A stretch of DNA of 64,000 bases from assembly GCA_020725645.1 (NCBI GenBank), contig DYEQ01000031.1, positions 6,062 through 70,061 of the forward strand, read 5' to 3'. Source of the DNA: Candidatus Fermentithermobacillaceae bacterium (GTDB taxonomy: Bacteria > Bacillota > Sulfobacillia > Fermentithermobacillales > DUSS01). Positions 59,125 to 64,000 of this stretch are shown one piece after another. Under the pieces are notes generated by a model that had not been told where the DNA came from, made no database searches, and saw only the letters and a list, made by a program, of their open reading frames with translations. Made by a program: the position numbers and the translations under genes. The first letter of the stretch is position 1. Each line of letters opens with the position of its first letter.

Positions 59125-60442
59125 CCTGTTGGTCTCTTCCCCTTTCCTGCGTAATCCTGGTCAGCGACGAAAGCAAATGTGCGCCACGTGCTTGCTGCCG
59201 TCTTGCATCCATTACCTCGACGAAGGCTTGAAGGCGAGTGAGTGCCTGAGCTAGAGAGCTGTTGCGGGGATCCACAGCGTCACCGTCCAGCTCCAAAAAA
59301 GGGATCCCTTTTTCCCGGAGAAAGTCGGCCAGCACGCGTCCGCCCCCATTTGATTGCCGGCAACCCCATTGATCGAACTGGACCACTCCATCCACCTGGT
59401 AGTCGCTCACCATCTTCCAAACAGCGTCGAGCCTTCGCTCGATAGGCCCCCATCCGAAATTGGTAAGCATCTTGATGGCGATTCCTTCAGCCCATCTCCG
59501 CTCGTCCATCTCAGGCCAGTAAACGTAACTGTACTCCTCAAAGGCTATGGAAACTCCCGAACGTTCCAGATACTCGAACAACGAGCTTTTGTAGTACGGT
59601 TTCAAGTTAAGCCATAAAAGCCTCAATCGCTCTTGAGGGACGGGATATCTTGATTCCTCGATACGGTGTTTGAGCACGTTCGCCAGGCTTTCGTACAACT
59701 CGATCAGCCACTCGCTCCCCCAGCCTGATAAAAACGCGAAGACGTAGTTTAAAGCTTCGCTTCCGGACCAAGGCGCCGGTTCGTTTCTCCTCAGCTGGCA
59801 CACGTCAAGGTAAATCTTCCTGGCGCGGTTCGAGTTTTCGATCGCGCGGCCCATCCGGTCAAGGCCGAGACCCGGCACCCGCCGGGAAATATCTTCGCAG
59901 ATGCGCTCCACCTGGAGGGAAAGCCATCTGACGCTGGAGTCAGTCATCACGTAGGGAACATCTATAACGTAAAAAGGACATCCGGCGGAAACGCTGTGCG
60001 CGTAGAGGGAACGCCGCCCTCCGTCGCACAGGTGGGGGGAGACGATTATGGCCGAGGGCCTGGGGAGCAAGCTGAGTTCTTCGAGACCCAGGTGGCACCG
60101 ATGGAAGCTGCAGAGATCCTGCGAATACCCCTTGGCCTCCGATTCGTCGATCCCTCGTTCCGACACACCAAAAGCTGCCGCAAACCCGCTCCACATCTCG
60201 GGCAGATAGGGCACGGCTCCCAGTCCGTAGACGATTTCCGTGGGGACAAAGGCGCTTGCGAATATAACCGGCTTTCTCGCAGAATAGGCATCACCGAGTT
60301 CCGATATAACGCCCTTGGCTGCCGCAAGCTGGTACGGACACATCCTTCCCCCGAAACACCGAAGTGCCAGGCTGGCTACCCGGTATGTAAGTTTGTTTTT
60401 CAGGATAGTGGAAAGGAACGCAGGAAATCTCCCCGACCTCAT
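59105..60442 (-). CDS. 2-hydroxyacyl-CoA dehydratase family subunit (alpha-like, 3 Cys)
   Basis: PTE..YLPE, DLCS, HLCDGG, WGCRQ, ELDGDAVDPR..TRLQAF. Confidence 0.88.
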   Translation of the reverse strand: MRSGRFPAFLSTILKNKLTYRVASLALRCFGGRMCPYQLAAAKGVISELGDAYSARKPVIFASAFVPTEIVYGLGAVPYLPEMWSGFAAAFGVSERGIDESEAKGYSQDLCSFHRCHLGLEELSLLPRPSAIIVSPHLCDGGRRSLYAHSVSAGCPFYVIDVPYVMTDSSVRWLSLQVERICEDISRRVPGLGLDRMGRAIENSNRARKIYLDVCQLRRNEPAPWSGSEALNYVFAFLSGWGSEWLIELYESLANVLKHRIEESRYPVPQERLRLLWLNLKPYYKSSLFEYLERSGVSIAFEEYSYVYWPEMDERRWAEGIAIKMLTNFGWGPIERRLDAVWKMVSDYQVDGVVQFDQWGCRQSNGGGRVLADFLREKGIPFLELDGDAVDPRNSSLAQALTRLQAFVEVMDARRQQARGAHLLSSLTRITQERGRDQQDDHRWN

Positions 60443-61674
60443 AGCGTTGATCGTACCGCCCGTCCCATTGCGTCCCGTCGCGGCGGACGGGAAATACGCG
60501 CTCTTCTCATTTCGAGCATCTCCCGGAAGGCTGCCAACCTCGTCTTCACCTGGGCCGAGTTACCCGCCCCGAACTCGCCCTCCAGTAAGAGCGCGGGTAC
60601 GGGGGTTCCGGCCAAGTGCCGTTTCACTTCCACGTAATCATAGTAACCCTGATCGCAAAACTTAGGAACAAAGTAGATTAACCCGCCCGGGACACCGTCA
60701 TCCGTCGAGGGATCGATACCTCGAAGCATTTCATCGAGGTAAGCCATCCTCCTCCCGTAATCGAGCATCCTGGGACAAGGCGGCTTTCGCAGGTACCCTT
60801 CCGCGAGAGCGTGAAAACAATCGGGATCATTCTCATCGATCTGAAAGTTAATGGACCTCTCTCCGAGACAGAAGTCCAAAGCTACGATTCTGAATCCGGC
60901 TTCCTCGGTAGTCGATATAAGGGTCCTATCCAAACACATGCTCCCGGTTACGATAACAGATGGCCGCCATACCCGCTGAAACCCAGCTTCTTCCGAGCAG
61001 GGCATCTCTTCAACACTTCCGACTCTGGGTGAGTCCTTGCCGCCGGACCCGGTTTCTCCCGAACACGGCACCTGCTCACCAGCGACACACTGCGGATACT
61101 GTGGGAGAGCGCTTAATTCGAACGGTTTTGTAGAGTCGAAAACCGCATCTGACGCCAAAAAGTGGTTGGCGCTCAACAGGCAGTCAACCGCACGTGTCCA
61201 CAGCTTTTCTGGGCAAAAGTCGCCGGCCTTAGGCAACTGGCCCCTTAGTTTGCCACGGAAACGGTTCATCATCCGGATCGTCTTGGCAAGAGTATTCACA
61301 TTTCCTTTGGAAGCCTCGGAGGCAAGCTCGCAGGCAAATTCTCTTAAGACCGACGCATAGTAGTCCACGGCGTAGTCATTCGACGTCCTGGGCACGTCGA
61401 CATAGTAAACTTTCACGCCTTTCCAGTGTAACCTGACCACGTCAGCAACCCGTCTCATTGCGTCGCATGAGCCTGCAAGGGCGAGAGAGACGGGCTTCCC
61501 TCTAACGGCATACTCGGAAACGTAGTTTAGCACCCCTTTCGCGTACGGACAGAAATCCCGGGGTACGTAAGACTCCGCTCCCGAAGGGGTGCCCTCCAAA
61601 AAGAGGCGTTTTACCGGAATTCCGAGGCTTAACGGGATTTCCAGCGGTATGTAGCTGCAAGTCGAAAGAACCAT
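60439..61674 (-). CDS. 2-hydroxyacyl-CoA dehydratase family subunit with six conserved-position Cys (double-cubane-like)
   Basis: TCSYIP, DFCPY, SCDAM, DFCLGER, PPCPR, KFCD, QVKTRLAAF.EML. Confidence 0.85.
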   Translation of the reverse strand: MVLSTCSYIPLEIPLSLGIPVKRLFLEGTPSGAESYVPRDFCPYAKGVLNYVSEYAVRGKPVSLALAGSCDAMRRVADVVRLHWKGVKVYYVDVPRTSNDYAVDYYASVLREFACELASEASKGNVNTLAKTIRMMNRFRGKLRGQLPKAGDFCPEKLWTRAVDCLLSANHFLASDAVFDSTKPFELSALPQYPQCVAGEQVPCSGETGSGGKDSPRVGSVEEMPCSEEAGFQRVWRPSVIVTGSMCLDRTLISTTEEAGFRIVALDFCLGERSINFQIDENDPDCFHALAEGYLRKPPCPRMLDYGRRMAYLDEMLRGIDPSTDDGVPGGLIYFVPKFCDQGYYDYVEVKRHLAGTPVPALLLEGEFGAGNSAQVKTRLAAFREMLEMRRARISRPPRRDAMGRAVRSTL

Positions 61675-61740
61675 CCGGGGTCTCCCTGTGTACCAAAGTT
61701 CTGCCGCTTTTCCACCGGTCGTCGTTCGAGAAGTCCGTTT

Positions 61741-63999
61741 CTATCTAACTTTTGAGCGCTCCTCCTTACTCTGTCGCAGCTTGAGCCACTTCCCGGTCTC
61801 TACTATAATGAGCAATCCCAAGCTGATACCGAAAACCAGCACCCATTGACCCGCGCCCAGCGGCACCACTCCCAGCACCGTCCTCAACCTCGGGACGAGC
61901 ACCGGAACCAGCGCCAGGATGAATCCCAGACTCACGAATACGAGAAGCGGCTTGTTCGCGGTTAAGTGACCTGTATGGAACAAGCTCCGCCGCATGCTTC
62001 TGTAGGCGAACACGTACACCAGAGAGATTACCGCCAGAGTCTCGAAGGCGATGGTCCTAGCCAGAGGTAGATCCCCATGAACACGCCAGTAGTGACCGAA
62101 CATATAGAGGCATCCCGCAGCTGCCGATACGCTTATGGCTGCGATAAGCGACATCCCCAACCGGTCCAGGAACGGCTCGGACACAGGCCGCGGTTTCTCC
62201 TCCATGATGCCTTCTTCCTTGGGCTCAAACCCAAGGGCGATATCGACCGGACCGTCGCATATCAGGTGGACCCACAGAATCTGAGCTACCACCAGAGGTG
62301 ACGGCCACCCCAGGATCATGGCCACAAACATCAGAAGGATTTCGGCGAAGGAGTTGGACAGGGTGTACGAAACGACTTTGCGTATGTTTTGAAAGATCAC
62401 CCTTCCTTCTTCGATGGCATCTACGATGGTCTTGAAGTTCGAGTCGAGCAGGATAAGGTCGGAAGTCTCTTTGGCAACGTCCGTAGCATCCCCAACCACC
62501 ACTCCAATATCGGCCTTCTTGAGGGCAGGGGCATCGTTCACGCCGTCACCCACCATCGCCACGACTTCCCCACGAGATTGAAGGGCCTTAACGATCCTCA
62601 GCTTTTGATGGGGTGCGATGCGGGAGAATACCAGCGTATCCGGCACTCTCCGCTCGAGCGTCGCATCGTCCATGGCGTCCAGGTCGCTTCCCTCGAGGAC
62701 CGAGTCTTCCCCTGTATTCAGGCCGATGAAACTCGCCACTTTCATGGCGGTCCGCTTGTGGTCTCCGGTTATCATCTTCACCTTAATTCCGGCCTTCCTG
62801 CAAACCTCTACGGCTCCGGGGACCTCCGACCGCACCGGGTCCTCTAAACCCACAAGACCTGCCCAGGTGTAGCCGCTCATATCCTCACCAGTGTTTGCGG
62901 CCTCGGTTGAACATTCTACGCCACCCGAGTTCGGTCCCGGATTGCCATCAGCACTAGCGCTCCGTTCTTCGCGGGAGTCCGCCGGCGCTTTATCATCCAA
63001 TCCGGCCGCGGACTCGAGCTTATATCCCAGACCAAGGAGCTTCAGTCCCTCACCCGCCCACGAATCCCACTGTGCTCTAAGTTTTTGTTCTTCGAGTAAA
63101 TCAACATCGCACATTGCGAGAACGACTTCGGGAGCTCCTTTAACCAGGGATATCCTGTTGCCGTTCACAAGATGTACGGTTTTCATGTACTTGGTCTCAC
63201 TGGAAAAGGGGACTTCGTCCAGGCGCGGGTATTTGCCAGCGATCTCCTGAGGGTCCTCGCCCCAGTATTTTCCCGCGAATTCCCACAAAGAGGCTTCAAG
63301 GGAATCGCTCAGATTGTTGTCGAGCACCAGCACCAGTTTGGCCATATCGGGAGCGGAGAAATCCCAGCGTGTGACTTTCATCTGTCCTTCGGTCAGAGTA
63401 CCCGTCTTGTCGGTGCAAACCGTCGTCACAGATCCAAGGGTCTCGACCGCCAGAAGTCTCTTCACCAGTCCGTTTCGCCGGAGGATGTTCTTCATCCCTA
63501 TTACCAGTATCATGGTTACCGCAATCAGGAGCCCCTCCGGGATGGCCGCTATGGCCAGGATGATGGCGACTCTCACCATCTCCAGAACGGGCCTGCCCGT
63601 CGCCACGCCGATGACGAAAAGCAGCACCGTCACGCTGATGACTATCTTCGTAAGCGTCCGGCTGAATCCTTCCAGTCGCCGTTGGAGCGGAGTCTCCTGC
63701 TCCGGAGTCTCGGCAAGAGTGGAAGCGATTTTGCCCAGTTCGGTACGGGCGCCTGTGGCGGTGACCGTCATCACGCCGCGTCCTGTGAGTACGATTGTAC
63801 CCATGTAGACGGGATCCCCGGCCCTTTTCGCCACAGCCTCGCTCTCACCCGTCAGGATGCTCTCATTAAGGTTCAGAGCGTAAGCTTCCTCAAGTGTCCC
63901 GTCAGCTGGAACTCTCTCACCTGAGTCCACCAGCACCACGTCACCGGGCACGAGTTCCTTTACTTCAACCTCTTTTCGTAGTCCACCCCGTATGACGGT
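61741..63999 (-). CDS. P-type cation-transporting ATPase, type II (5' end outside the window)
   Basis: TGES, PEGL, DKTGTLT, KGAPE, MITGD, GDGVNDAP. The frame is open to the window edge. Confidence 0.95.
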   Translation of the reverse strand, partial: TVIRGGLRKEVEVKELVPGDVVLVDSGERVPADGTLEEAYALNLNESILTGESEAVAKRAGDPVYMGTIVLTGRGVMTVTATGARTELGKIASTLAETPEQETPLQRRLEGFSRTLTKIVISVTVLLFVIGVATGRPVLEMVRVAIILAIAAIPEGLLIAVTMILVIGMKNILRRNGLVKRLLAVETLGSVTTVCTDKTGTLTEGQMKVTRWDFSAPDMAKLVLVLDNNLSDSLEASLWEFAGKYWGEDPQEIAGKYPRLDEVPFSSETKYMKTVHLVNGNRISLVKGAPEVVLAMCDVDLLEEQKLRAQWDSWAGEGLKLLGLGYKLESAAGLDDKAPADSREERSASADGNPGPNSGGVECSTEAANTGEDMSGYTWAGLVGLEDPVRSEVPGAVEVCRKAGIKVKMITGDHKRTAMKVASFIGLNTGEDSVLEGSDLDAMDDATLERRVPDTLVFSRIAPHQKLRIVKALQSRGEVVAMVGDGVNDAPALKKADIGVVVGDATDVAKETSDLILLDSNFKTIVDAIEEGRVIFQNIRKVVSYTLSNSFAEILLMFVAMILGWPSPLVVAQILWVHLICDGPVDIALGFEPKEEGIMEEKPRPVSEPFLDRLGMSLIAAISVSAAAGCLYMFGHYWRVHGDLPLARTIAFETLAVISLVYVFAYRSMRRSLFHTGHLTANKPLLVFVSLGFILALVPVLVPRLRTVLGVVPLGAGQWVLVFGISLGLLIIVETGKWLKLRQSKEERSKVR

Positions 64000-64000
64000 G

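Overview
A GC-rich, mostly core chromosomal segment from an anaerobic, probably spore-forming Bacillota (Clostridia-like) bacterium. Nearly all genes are on the minus strand. Two conserved Firmicute blocks are joined by an accessory junction. Block 1 (468-17.7 kb) is rpsU-yqfCD-phoH-pgpH-ybeY-dgkA-recO-DUF4342-glyQS-PPDK regulator-ppdK-dnaG-sigA. Block 2 (24.9-57.3 kb) is a 7-tRNA cluster, tig-clpP-clpX-lonB-lon, an ATP-grasp/GNAT/YjbQ insert, T-box-valS-folC, rnfCDEAB-apbE, radC, mreBCD-mrdA-minCDE and rodA. The junction holds tldD/tldE, a plus-strand XPB helicase plus a p52/Tfb2-like partner, and rseC. The right end has an orphan Wzz-like gene, an ATP-dependent 2-hydroxyacyl-CoA dehydratase-family trio and a partial P-type ATPase. 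I saw no CRISPR array, transposase, integrase or phage gene. The most notable oddities are: an Rnf operon without rnfG; a dehydratase-family subunit with a six-Cys double-cubane-type pattern paired with a three-Cys subunit; the XPB/p52-like pair; a ~500-nt T-box with two large insertions; two unexplained structured RNA candidates and a perfect operator palindrome around the ATP-grasp/GNAT genes; a P-type ATPase with His/Cys at Ca2+-site positions; and a tRNA 3'-end att-like scar. All calls come from reading motifs by eye; no database searches were run.
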